Below are positions 51,736 through 64,000 of a stretch of DNA of 64,000 nucleotides, in pieces. The stretch covers positions 122,326,001 through 122,390,000 of the forward strand of contig NC_043001.1 in the NCBI RefSeq assembly GCF_006345805.1. The letters are read 5' to 3'. The translations under genes were made by a program, and so were the position numbers. This stretch comes from Octopus sinensis. Taxonomy: Eukaryota. Position 1 is the first letter of the stretch. Every line of letters begins with the position of its first letter. The notes below the pieces were generated by a model. The model searched no databases and was not told the origin of the DNA. It saw only the letters and a list, made by a program, of their open reading frames with translations.

Positions 51736-52255
51736 TACATGTGAGTTCTCTAGACATCCTAGTGTTTGAGGCTATACTCATGAAGTAATGTAGATAATTA
51801 AGTAACATAAACAGATTTCCAAAGTTCATTAAAGTTCCTTAAAGATGATGTACAGTCTTATCACAGAATTTTAAAAAAGTTTTAATAGCATCACAGAGAA
51901 GGTGACCTAATCCATAGTGCACATATGAATTTCCAGAGATATGATGAGGGATTATATACTCACAGAAGACAAATTTATCCATTGTTAATTACCTCGTTGT
52001 AATTAACAATGGATAAATTTGTCTTCTGTGAGTATATAATCCCTCATCATATCTCTGGAAATTCATATGTGCACTATGGATTAGGTCACCTTCTCTGTGA
52101 TGCTATTAAAACTTTTTTAAAATTCTGTGATAAGACTGTACATCATCTTTAAGGAACTTTAATCAACTTTGGAAATCTGTTTATGTTACTTAATTATCTA
52201 CATTACTTCATGAGTATAGCCTCAAACACTAGGATGTCTAGAGAACTCACATGTA

Positions 52256-52346
52256 TTTTAGCTGATGAGTACGGGACTCGTTTATATGCTGTAATCTTTG
52301 CAACTTTTAATAAAACCTGTCCTTGTATGAAACGATCGTACTAAAA
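52256..52346 (+). ncRNA. Type I hammerhead ribozyme
   Basis: Stem I TTTTAG/CTAAAA; core CTGATGA at 52262-52268; stem II GTAC-GGGAC/GTCCT-T-GTAT; GAAA at 52329-52332; stem III AC-GATC-GT; predicted cleavage after GTA at 52340. Confidence 0.8.
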
Positions 52347-52377
52347 ACCTATCCATTCTTGTTGCTTCTTTCTCGCG

Positions 52378-52423
<46 letters not shown>

Positions 52424-52470
52424 TATGTATGTATATATATATGTACACACATATATATATATATGTATAT

Positions 52471-52785
52471 GTGGAGACGCAGTGGCCCAGTGGTTAGGGC
52501 AGCGGACTCTCGGCTGTAGGATCGCGGTTTCGGTTTCTAGACCGGTCGTTGTGAGTGTTTATTGAGTGAAAACACCTAAAAGTTCCACGAGTTTCGGCAG
52601 GGGCTAGTGGCGATCCCTGCTGTACTCCTTCGCCACAACTTTCTCTCATTTTTTCTTCTGTTGGCTTGCTCGCTTAGCCAGTGGGGTAGCGTCATATGAA
52701 GACTAAAACAATGCGAAGTGCATTGTGACCAGCGATGTGTAGCAACATCTGATAGCCTGGTCGGTCACGGTGATCACGATGATAT
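52471..52785 (+). mobile_element. tRNA-derived SINE
   Basis: A-box-like TGGCCCAGTGG and a degenerate B-box (gtttcggtttc); ends in (TA)n. Confidence 0.55.
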
Positions 52786-52808
52786 GTATATATATATATA
52801 TATATATA

Positions 52809-53502
52809 TAAGTAAGGAAAAATTTTTTTAAAAATGCAGAATGCTCAAATGAAAGAAATTTTTAATAAAATGAGAAAATGATAAAATATATAAATATATA
52901 TTTATTCAACCGGTTTTCGTCATTGTATGACTTGTCAAGAATATTTATGTTTTAAGAAGTTTTTTTAAAAATTAGAAAGGGGAAAAAAAGAAAATTGCAT
53001 TGTTTTTTGTAAAAGAATAATGATAAAAATGTACAAAAATTGAAAAATAAGTTCTCCGATACATTGTGAGTTCGTTGTGTATCTTGAGTTTTATGGTTGT
53101 TTACCAAAAAATTACCTTGAGGTGTTAAGATCCAAAGGGATTAAGAGCATGTGATGTGTTGTGTTGTTAAATTCAGCATGTTGCAGGACAGGAAGTAGTA
53201 GTAATTGTGGTCCTGGTTCTTCAGTTCCTGTGTTGTGAGTAAGGGGAGACAACTCTTTTGAGTTCTTCAATAAAACCCAAATTATAAAACTATCATTTTA
53301 GCTTCATTTGCATTATCTTTTTTATATAATTGCTTGTTAACTTAACTTTCAGATTTTAACACTTTATTTATATTGACAAGTCATACAATGACGAAAACCG
53401 GTTGAATAAATATATATTTATATATTTTATCATTTTCTCATTTTATTAAAATTTTCTTTCATTTGAGCATTCTGCATTTTTAAAAAAATTTTTCCTTACT
53501 TA
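52809..53502. mobile_element. Element with 130-bp inverted repeats (probable Penelope-type inverted pLTRs)
   Basis: 52809-52938 is the reverse complement of 53373-53502 (one mismatch seen); each arm contains a degenerate hammerhead-like motif. Confidence 0.6.
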
Positions 53503-53550
53503 TCATTTCTCCACGTGCGGTCAACACAACCCCACCATTTATTGATCTAC

Positions 53551-53581
<31 letters not shown>

Positions 53582-53934
53582 CTTACATATATATATCTAC
53601 ATATACATACATATATATATATCTACATATACATACATACATAGATACATACAGCAGTGTATATAAAATATATTTAAACCGATAGTCTGACAGAAAATTG
53701 TATGGCAGATCTGATAAAATATCTTATCCGGTTGAGTGCGTGTGTGTGTGTTTGTGAATGTGTGCGTATTTGTGTGTGCGTGTGTGAGTGTTGGTGTGTG
53801 TGTGTGTGGTGTGTGTGGTGTGTGTGTGTGTGTGTGAGATGTATGTGCGTGTGTGAACGTGTCCTCGTTTTAGGAGATATAGCCTTAACAGTTCCACTCA
53901 TATTTACATGTTTATATTAATGTATGTTCTTACA

Positions 53935-53965
53935 TATATGTGTGTGTGTGTGTGTGTGTATAAAC

Positions 53966-54045
<80 letters not shown>

Positions 54046-54046
54046 C

Positions 54047-54087
<41 letters not shown>

Positions 54088-54407
54088 TAAATATATATAT
54101 ATTATACATACATATATATATATATATATATTATACATACATATATATATATATATATACATACATAAATATATATATATACATACATATATATATATAT
54201 ACATAAATATATATAATACATATATATATATATATACATACATATATATATATAATATATAATATATATACATACATATATATATATATACATACATATA
54301 TATATATATATTATACATACATATATATATATATACATACATATATATATATATATACATACATATATATATATATATATACATACATATATATATATAT
54401 ATACATA

Positions 54408-54460
<53 letters not shown>

Positions 54461-54503
54461 ACATACATATATATATATATACATACATATATAATATATA
54501 TAT

Positions 54504-54538
<35 letters not shown>

Positions 54539-54620
54539 AATATATATATATATTATAAATATATATATATATATATATAAATATATATTATATATATATA
54601 TAATATATATATATATATTA
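53935..54620. repeat. Long (TG)n/(TA)n/(TACA) microsatellite
   Basis: Seen directly; source of the spurious Y/I ORFs. Confidence 0.95.
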
Positions 54621-55360
54621 AATATTCTTCTTTCTCTCTTTTTCTTCCCTTTCTTCTGTCGTCTTCTTTTTTCTGTCTTTTTCTTTTTGCCTGTTATAAA
54701 ATTGTAATTTAAAAACTGATGATGTCATTCCATTAACGTGTGAACGTTAGTTGCTCTCGTTCATACTTTACGTTTACATTTCTGTAATTTTGAATTTTTA
54801 TCACTTCTTGTTTTGAACTTGACAAAGACAGACGTACTGTTGAAATAACGTTCAACTAATAAAATATCTTACAATCGAATCACGCTCTTCGTCTTGATTA
54901 TTATTATTATTATTATTATTTGTTCTGAAGGTTGATAGGTAAAATTTATTTGTTCGCGATTCGAACTCATAACATAAAATGCCAGATGAAATTCTGCAAA
55001 GCATGATTTTAATGCTTTATCGAATCTACCAGCAAACCATCCTTTTCTACACAGCGCCCGCAATATCGAGAGGAGAAGGACGAGTTGATTACATCGTCCC
55101 CGGTGATCAACTGGTACTTGTTTAATCGACCCCGAAAAAGTGAATAAGAAAGTCGGTCTTGGCGGAATTTGAACTCAGAGAAATTAATGAGTCGGATAAA
55201 AATGCCTTTAAGCATTTTGGATGACACACTAACAATATTTCAGCCCGCTGTCATAGCCCGTCATAAGTGGAAAACAACAAGAAATGTATGTCACTGGATA
55301 AAGTTAAATTTTTTAATTGGGATTGTTAGAGTAAAATCGAAGAGGCAAGATTTCGAGATG

Positions 55361-55792
55361 GAGATTTTTCGGTTTGAGCGGCAGTTTTTTCTAGCGGTGT
55401 CATATGAAAGTGTCACCCATAATTATGACCCTAGTATCGATCTATTGCATTTCAATCTGTTTTAGGGTTAAAGTTAGTTAGGTTTAAGGTTAGAGGTGGG
55501 GGGAAGGGTATCTTTTTTTCTTAACAAGTATAAATAAACCCAATCTGTTTCTTAAACGAGGGACATATTCATACGGCACATAATGTTGTTTACCTCAATA
55601 AACATCATTGATTGATTGAAATTTCAGAAATTGAAGAAAAAAAAAACAAATATCTTACAAACTATAGAATTTTCTCAATAAAACCAAGAGAAAAGAATGT
55701 TTTATAAACACATTCTACCAGTATACGAAGTTTAAAATTTTTTAGTTACCTAGAAATTATGTTAAAAACTGCCGTTCAAATCGAAAAGATCC
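55361..55792. mobile_element. MITE-like element with ~28-bp imperfect TIRs
   Basis: gatttttcggtttgagcggcagtttt (55363) vs aaaactgccgttcaaatcgaaaagatcc (ends 55792). Confidence 0.6.
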
Positions 55793-56387
55793 ATGAAATG
55801 AATTCTTGGATATCGAGTCAGAAATGCATCATATATTCATACTAAATTCGTTTGATTAATGAGAAACATGACAATAAATGAAACTTGTTACAATATTTTA
55901 TTGATTATGGTTTATTATTTATTAAAGAACATATTTCATAGGACATTAGCTGAGAAACATCAGCAACATTCATAAAATTGTAACGACATCAGTGAAATGT
56001 AACAGCTACAATCGAGTGTTGAAGTTCTAAAATCAGTCCTACTTTTTCAGACATTTATATTAAAGGGTAAAATTGTGGTGATATGTATCACCCAAAATAA
56101 GATAATAAGGAAGTCCATAGAATTCAGTAAGTTTATTAAAAGTGAGTAATGAAAGAATAAAACATTTCGGTTAGTCAACATTATCCCAAATGAGAAAATA
56201 GATATTTTATTGAATAGTTTATTGAATATTGAAAGTTACACAAATATGTCATACTAGCAAGTATGTATTTCCACTTCAGCAAAAAGAAATATTTTCTATT
56301 TTGATTATTGAATTTATGATAATTTCTAAGAAATATTTAAAAAGTGATAATATTTCTTCAAAATAATACATCAAGGCATGCTTAGTA

Positions 56388-56554
56388 TTACACCGACTGT
56401 CGATGGGTAAGTATGGCATAAATGTCCTTAGTAGGTCTGAGTACCATTTCCATAGATGGTGGAATATCTTCTATCTTTTGTGTTGCTTCGACATGGAATC
56501 TTTGGAAGAATCGTGATAGTACGATTTTCAGTTCCATATAAGCTAATCTTACTC
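56388..56554 (-). CDS. CYP4 gene 2, last coding exon
   Basis: GVRLAYMELKIVLSRFFQRF...VLRPTKDIYAILTHRQSV-stop. Confidence 0.92.
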
Positions 56555-58459
56555 CTGAAAACACATTGAAAAATATATATTGAATATAATTCATTAAAAC
56601 ACGGAGAGGTCTTAAAAAGTTATAATCACATGTACAGTATATCGGCTAATTTAAAGAATAATACAGAAAATATATTACCTGATGTTATATACGTTTCTGA
56701 AGTAGAATAACATTGGAGTAGTTTTTATGATTTACTGTATGGAATAAAATATATCATGACCAACAGTCTTTTTATCATTACCTATTTGCATGTGTACGAA
56801 GGAAGGCAGTATTATTGCTGTCGTTAGTCTTTAGTCCCAGACCAGCACTGACCGAACGGATATATGACCAAAAGCGTTTCATATGTGGTAATACGATTTT
56901 TCAAAAATATTATGTAGAATTACGCATGTATTTATGAAGCCATAGCAGGAGAATTAAGAAGTTCGTCTGACAGTTATTAGGCTCTGCGCAATATCCCCCT
57001 CTATGACATCTTGGGCGAATGTCCTTTTCTACAGCCTGCGAATGATCGAAACATTGTGAATAATGCTGGATAAACATATCCTCTGAAGACTGCACATGTA
57101 GTTGAAGAAAGCAGCCTTCTCGCTTAATGTATAATGATGATTATCTGTTCTTTAAGGTTTCATCTGTAAAAGGAATACTCTTTCACTTACATCATAATAT
57201 ATTGATAAGGCAGCTCCTGGCAAACCTAAACTACTTATAAATGAATACTTCATTTACTGTTAAATTATCCGTAACGTTTCATTCGGTAAGACTGTAATAA
57301 ATGATTTGAGGTGGATTTGGCTGAGGTAAATAGCAAAAGAGTGAGTGCAGCATTGTCGGGTGATTGTGATAAATTCTGTTGATGGATTTTAAACCAAACA
57401 TTAGAAATGCATTTTCAAAGTAGAAAAAAGCTCTATAAACTTACCTATGCAGACTCGCGGTCCTGCTGCGAATGGTATAAAAGCAAACGCGTGCTTGACA
57501 TTTTCTGTAAGAAATCGATCAGGATTAAAGGTGCTCGGATCAGTAAAGTGTTTCGGATCTCTATGTAAGCCCGAAAGGAATATCGATATATCCGCCCCTT
57601 TCTTCACGTTGTAATTACCTGTAAACATGATTGTAGCACAATAAACCATAGTCCTTTTTACAGGTGAGCATAACTACAGCTAATTTCATTTATCACTCTG
57701 CAGAGGAGGAGATAGTATACATAGATATCTAGAAAGAAAATGGTGAAGACTGTTTATTAGGAAATCTGATAGCATGGTATATAAAGAGACTTAGTAAATG
57801 GAGGGACTTACGGGCAAGATGCGGCTAAAGTTGCGTTTTATAAGGGTTTCCGCGTGGGAAGCATGATAGAATTCCATCAATCTAAGGAGTATTCTTCTCA
57901 CGCATGTTTTAACATTGAAAGTGAAGGGTGAGGAAAATCACATGACATTACAGTGGAGCTTCCTTTTGCGGGTGCCACGGCCTGGCATATAAAAAATGTG
58001 GTCCTTAAAACCATTGGATGCTTGCATTTAAGCAATACCGGATGAAGTATAAATCCTCTTTTAAGATACTGGGAAGACACAACGTCACCTCCCTGACTAG
58101 CCATGTTTAGTACTTAAAATAGAGAGTAACCTCATATATAATTCAATGGAAGCTCTTTGAACAGCTAAGAGCTTATATAAACAGAAGCAAACAATGTAAG
58201 GTTTGCTTGGCTGAAAGGGCAAGAATTAACATGCACCATCAAAAAAAAAAAAAAACTCGCTCGACCCGGGGGAAATTTTAAACTCCAGGAAACGGGTATT
58301 CAGTCAATGCCTGCATCTAAAATGTTTGATGCTTCAGACTTGGAATTCTTCATTCATTGAAGAGTCCCACCACAGACTCACTCACACACATACACAGACG
58401 CACTCACACATACATATACACACACACATACACACATGCATACATACACACACACTGAC

Positions 58460-58507
<48 letters not shown>

Positions 58508-59108
58508 CATAAAACGTCAGGAAGTATAAAAGATGGATATATTATCTGCTTGACATATTTAGGATTGCGGCTGTTTCGCAGCCCTCTTCATTTGCTAATA
58601 ATTTCAGTGTGGAATAAATTAAGCTTACTTAAGATATAAAATAGAACACACAAACGCGCGCGCGCATACATATTTATATGAATTGCATATATAATTTTTT
58701 TGATTAGACATAGTTTAACACTTATCGAAATTTTTTATGGAAATATATTTCCAATCCGAGGCTATTTAGTTCTCGGTTTGAATTGGGATATAATTTCCGG
58801 TAAAATAGGCAGCTGTTTCTCTTATGTCAAAAGACCACATGACAGTGGCTTCATTGACTACGCGAACGTAGTTGTGAAAATGTATCATGAGTAGACTCAC
58901 CAATTTTGAAATCCTCACCAGCAACACGTCCAACAACTGGTACTGGCGAATAAAGACGTAAACTTTCCTTCAACAAAAATTATAGAGGTCGTTATTATTA
59001 TTATTATCTACTTGATATTTTTGTTTTTGCAATACACTTTCAAGAAATCTTTAATGATATAAAAGAACGTGTTGTAATTATTTATTAGAAGTTATAATAA
59101 TAATTAAG

Positions 59109-59157
<49 letters not shown>

Positions 59158-59214
59158 TAATAATGATGATGATGACGATAATAATAGTAATAATAATAAT
59201 AATAATGATAATAA

Positions 59215-59277
<63 letters not shown>

Positions 59278-59282
59278 TAATA

Positions 59283-59317
<35 letters not shown>

Positions 59318-59405
59318 AATAATAATAATAATAATAATAAGTATAATAATAATAATAAGTATAATAATAATAATAATGATAATAATAATGATGATGATGA
59401 TGACG

Positions 59406-59437
<32 letters not shown>

Positions 59438-59465
59438 TATAATAATAATAATAATGATAATAATA

Positions 59466-59542
<77 letters not shown>

Positions 59543-60888
59543 CCTTTCTACTATATGCCCAAGGCCTAAAATTTTGTCCTATTGAAACGAAACCCCTTTC
59601 GTCAGTTTTCCTGGGTCTTTGGTCTTGATAGCCTTTCGTAAGTACCTCAGCAAGTTGGTACAGTACTTCCATATTCTCAGAGGAAAGGTACGGCTTGCTG
59701 TCGAGGTAGGAAGTGAAATCCATTTCCAGTTCCAACCAAACGCGCGGTCCGTACAGTCCAGCAAAATGTCACTTAAATTCCGCATTCATTTTCTTGGACT
59801 CGTGTAGCAGAAGCTCGTCCCGGTTTGTCAGAGACCAAATTGTGGCTGTTTCTGCGTTGCATCTCTGTCATCCAGGCCCATCCCGTCGCGTCTTCATGCA
59901 CGCATCTCACTTCTGAAAACTCAACCTTCCTACTTGGCATTGAAGAGCTCTCGCCACCAGCACTTTGGTCGCTATGGCTCAACCAAATGCTTCTTCAAGT
60001 TTCCTAAGTATGTCTCCCTGTATCCTAGATTCCTTTAACGCTGTTATCTTACTAAACCCTAACACCTCTACTCTAATAGCCCTTCCGATGGGCTGACTGA
60101 ATACTTGACACCCTGGGAAAGATGCGTTCAGCTTCTAGTATCCGGGGCCCTATTACAAATTAATGGTCAGTATAGCTGACAGCTTTAAATTATAGACAAC
60201 TTATGCTACTTCTATAAACTAGCCTACAAAATATTTGACAATGTCTACGTTGGCGCATTCGGGAAATTCCTTTGGTACATGTCAACAAAACTGAGCATGT
60301 TTGTAAGGCTTTTACACACCTCTCTCCTATCGGTTGACTCACCCTATTCTCATTTTCTTTTAAAGGCTTCTGTTTTAGAGCGGTGAATTGGCAGAACTAC
60401 CTAGACCATCAGATAGATTGTTTTGCACTATTTGTTCCAATTCTCTGGCCTTTGTGCTCAAATACCATCGTGTTCAACTTAAACTTTCATCCTTGGAATC
60501 CTTTCAGTTTTAGGACGGTAAAACTCTATAATTCTGTTTTTCTTCACATTTCTTAACCTCTACAAATGTTTAAATTGTGTTGAACGTTATAGATGTTTCC
60601 AATGCAGAGGTTCTGGAAATGACACAGTAACTACCTTGCTTTCTCTGAGCAAGATAAAGGAAAAATCCTCTGTGTTTACATGTTAAAGCATGAGTTGAAA
60701 ATATTAAATATTACATCCATCTTATTACATATGAATAGTTTGAACTTGACTAATTTGATAATTGCAATTAACACATGAATTACATGCGATGAACACATAA
60801 TTATTCGTAGAATCTATATTTACCTTGATAATACATTCCAAATAGAGCAGTTTCTTGAGACTTGCTGCATTGATTTCTTCAGTTTCCC
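56388..60888 (-). CDS. CYP4: Second CYP4-clan P450, 3' four exons only (5' exons outside window), convergent with gene 1
   Basis: Exons 60824-60888, 58901-58967, 57445-57618 and 56388-56554 with GT-AG sites and the same phases as gene 1 exons 9-12; ESLR, PDRF, FAAGPRVCIG. Confidence 0.92.
57445..57618 (-). CDS. CYP4 gene 2, heme-binding exon
   Basis: GNYNVKKG...LHRDPKHF...FIPFAAGPRVCI; GTAAGT donor. Confidence 0.95.
58901..58967 (-). CDS. CYP4 gene 2, exon equivalent to exon 10
   Basis: ESLRLYSPVPVVGRVAGEDFKI; 67 nt; GTGAGT donor. Confidence 0.92.
59095..59542. repeat. Compound (AAT)n/(GAT)n microsatellite
   Basis: Seen directly. Confidence 0.95.
60824..60888 (-). CDS. CYP4 gene 2, exon equivalent to exon 9
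   Basis: ETEEINAASLKKLLYLECIIK; 65 nt; GTAAAT donor. Confidence 0.9.
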
Positions 60889-61559
60889 CTTGAATAATAA
60901 AACAAAACAATTAAATATTCACATACATAAGAGAATTTACCAGAATATATCTAAAATTTAGGTAATTTTGGTACTATCACCCAAAGAACTCCTAAAAGTT
61001 AATTATAGCTTAAAACTCTTTCAGTAATGGGCCAATCATTGGAGCCTCGTCAATTCCCTCCTCCTGTACCTTGTCTCCTGTGATGAATGATCTATCACAG
61101 GCCGGCTTATCCTGTTGCTGAAGAACTGCAAGCAACTGACAACATTCCATGTGTCAGATAAGAAATGTACTACACATGTCAATCATATCTAGCAGTCCAG
61201 CCACCTTTGCTGTTATTGTAATTTCAGAAAAGACTTGCGCATCATCAGCCACAGTATACCGAGGTCTCCGTTTAGAAAATTTTAGAAGATGTATAATAGA
61301 TAATGAAATAACATCTAGAAACTGTGAAACGTGTAAAAGCTTTACTAAAACGTAGGCTATAAATGCCAGGATGCAACGACAACAAAAGCCCACACATAAC
61401 TAATACTCTCAAAAATCTGAAGAAAAGAGTAGCAGTAAAAAATGATAAGTCACACCTTAGAAGAGACTCAAAACTGACGTTGGTGGGCTCTTTTTAAGTG
61501 CTACTTAGAAAGTGAACCTAAAAGAAGGGGTTATAGAAAACAGATGTTAACACTTCGGG

Positions 61560-64000
61560 TAAAGAAGGGAAGGAATGTTTAAAATGATTGAGAAGAGACT
61601 AGTAGACCAAGATAATGCTATTAGGAGAAGAAAGGGAATTACAGAATTGGAGGAAGAAGAGATCACTAGAGAACTAGGAAAGAAAGACCAAAGCAGCAGA
61701 AAATCCAAACAACAACATAAGAGATACAGCTCAAACCTAAGAAGAACCTAAACAAAAAGTTGATAATAGAACTACTGACCAGGAAGGGACAAGTGTCACC
61801 AGCAACTTAAGCAACTTAAATGAGGAAGATCAGAAGATTTTAGATGAGTTGCAGGAAGCGATGAGTAAAGAAGAAAAGATTATCAGCATTAAAAGGTGTA
61901 GATAGAGGGGTTGCTGCTAAATAGGACTAAGAAAGTAGATTCTGTTAGTAGGACAAATATTACAAAAATTAGTGACACTAATTTATTGATCTCTACAGAG
62001 GGGTAGTAGTTACTAAAAGATTAGCTAATCCTCTAGGGAAGATTAGTAAAGAGCAAATGTAGAGAAAGAGATTAATAAACAATATGAAAACTTAAGACAA
62101 GATCTGAATATAATAGAAGCTTGGAAACGGAACAAGTTATGAAACACAAGATTTAAATCTCTTGAGAAAAATAGAAAGGATTTCGGACTGTCATGGAAGA
62201 GAGGAGATAGCGTATCATAACAAAAGCAGGTAATCTTTCCAAATATCAGAAAAGAATAAATCAGTGTCAACGGAACAGATTGTTTGAAACAAACCAGAGG
62301 AGATTTTATAACCATATATTATACATAGACAAAGCAGTTCTAAAAAATGTGAAATCTAGAAATAAATGTTTAGCAATAGCATTGAATAGATTATAAAAAG
62401 GCCTATGAGATAATTCCACACTCATGGATAAGTGAATGTTTAGGTGTATTGAGTTTTGCAGACAATACAAGAGAGTTAATTAGCTGTAGCATGAATAAAT
62501 GGAAAGTCGATTTCTATTTAGTGACATAGTCTTTGGGAAAGTTAATATCAAGAGTGGAATTTTCCATGGAGACTAGTTATCACCCTTAATATTTGTGTTA
62601 TACTTAAACCCCTTCTGTTTACCATTAAGAAAGGTAAAGTAGGGTATCAGTCTAGAGATATTACAGGAAAAATTGACCATTTGCTCTGCATGGAGGATTT
62701 TAAGCTTCTTAGTAAGAATAAAAACAGATAGCTTCCTTAATACAAACTATAAGACTCTTCAGCAAAGATATAGTTATGGAGTTTGGCATAGATAAGTGTG
62801 CAGCATTAGTCATGAAAAGGGAACATGTAGCCTGCAGTGAAGGTATCCAATAACTAGATGGCCGGATATTAAAATCTCTGAAAGAAGGAGTGAGTTATAT
62901 GTATCTAGAAGTATTAGAATCCGACAGGGCACTAACTAAAGAAATGGAAACGAAAATTAAGTACACGAGAAGGATTACTCTAGTATTCAGAAGTTTAGAG
63001 ATATCGTTACTTAGGTATTCATTAGCTTTTGTACATTGGACAAAATGTGAATTAGTAAATCTCGACAAAAGAACTAGGAAGGAATTCAATATGAATGAAG
63101 GACTTCACCCATGAGCAGGAGTAGCAAGATTATACTGACCTAGAAAGGAAAGTGGTAGAGGGTTAATATCACTAGAAGACTACATGGAGTTAGCTAGGAA
63201 AGATATAGCCTCCTATGTAGGTAATAGTGAAGAAAGTTTATTAAGAACTGCTGGAGTAGGGCAGACGGAAATGACGTTTAAAAAATAGAAAAAAGAAGAA
63301 AATGATCTAACTAGCAAGAGAAGGCTTTGCATGATAGATTCCCAAAGATATTTGTAGGAAACATAGTAAGGCTTGGTTATGGTTGCAGAAAGAAAGGTTA
63401 GAAAGGGAGATAGACAATTTGTTAGTAGCAGGCACAAGATCAAGCATAGAAGACTAATTGGATAAAAGCCAATATTGACAAAAATCAGCTAGATTCCCAT
63501 TGTAAGTTTTGTAAGTTATGTAAAAAAAAAGAGGAAAGCGTTACTCATATTGTAAGTGAATCTAATATGTTGGCAGAGGAAGAATACAAGTAAAGACATG
63601 GCAACCTAGGGAGAAGAATCCAGTGGGAGTTATGTAGAAAGCTAGGATTTGACCATATTGATAAATGGTATGAAGATGAACCTAGTAAAATTCTCGAAAG
63701 TAAGAAATGTAAGATGTTGTGGGATTCTAACATTCGTACTGACAGAGTAATAAAAGCTAGAAGGCCTAATTTAGTAGCAGTAGACAGAGATAGTAGAACG
63801 TGGTAGATAATTGAATTTTCAGTCCCAAATGATGAGAATCGCAGTATGAGAAGCCTCGATAAAATAGCAATGTACCAGGACCTAGCCTTTGAGTTACAAA
63901 TGCTATGGAAAGTGTGGGTAAAACGTAACCCTGTAGTTATGGTGCATTAGGAAGTATCCCTAAAGATTTAACAGATGGATAGAGGAAATAGGCCGAAGAC
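61560..64000 (+). mobile_element. Heavily degenerate R4/Dong-like LINE in an intron of CYP4 gene 2
   Basis: Remnants GIFHGD.LSPLIF, FGIDKC, ELVNLDKRTRK, CKFCKL..ESVTHIVSE, ILWDSNIRTDRVIKARRPNL and IIEFSVP, with many stops. Confidence 0.8.

Larger units (their letters stand above)
51615..52376. repeat. Long near-perfect palindrome (378-bp arms, 6-nt loop)
   Basis: 51615-51992 is the reverse complement of 51999-52376; loop CTCGTT; I found one mismatch (51827/52164). Confidence 0.97.

Noticed and set aside
53924-54488. Homopolymeric ORFs (poly-Y/I here; also poly-I at 30565-32258, poly-T/L at 26504-26743, poly-H/Y/M at 59085-59735, poly-N at 43897-44136)
   Set aside because: Translations of microsatellites.
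61154-61393. Hydrophobic-start ORF as the missing exon 1 of CYP gene 2
   Set aside because: Exons 2-8 would have to lie between it and 60888 and they do not; no P450 proline-rich motif follows.

Overview
AT-rich, repeat-dense animal genomic DNA; the SINE, (TAA)n and (TA)n repertoire suggests a cephalopod such as Octopus (inference). Host genes: one complete 12-exon cytochrome P450 of the CYP4 clan (+ strand, 21018-48623, 1500 nt CDS = 499 aa) and the last four exons of a convergent CYP4 paralog (- strand, 56388-60888, 5' part beyond the window). Top signal: a ~13.5 kb tandem array (3178-16664) with about 30 full or partial copies of a ~200 bp cassette. On the - strand the cassette reads direct repeats, TATA, a TACTACTAC nonamer, then ATG and a 36-codon frame (MPHHPRYTRFCFTLNNYDDVDVYRPQHMEHIRYMVF) resembling the N-terminus of a CRESS-DNA virus Rep (RCR motif I). 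Cassettes are separated by phased AAAATTTT spacers, with blocks of a 32-bp repeat every ~1.5-2.2 kb. The whole array sits inside, and splits, one R4/Dong-type LINE. Also notable: a 378-bp-arm near-perfect palindrome carrying two complete type I hammerhead ribozymes (51615-52376); a head-to-head tRNA-head plus hammerhead-like palindrome (43602-44067); and a stack of (TAA)n-associated retroelements filling CYP intron 4. All calls are from manual reading; no database searches were run.
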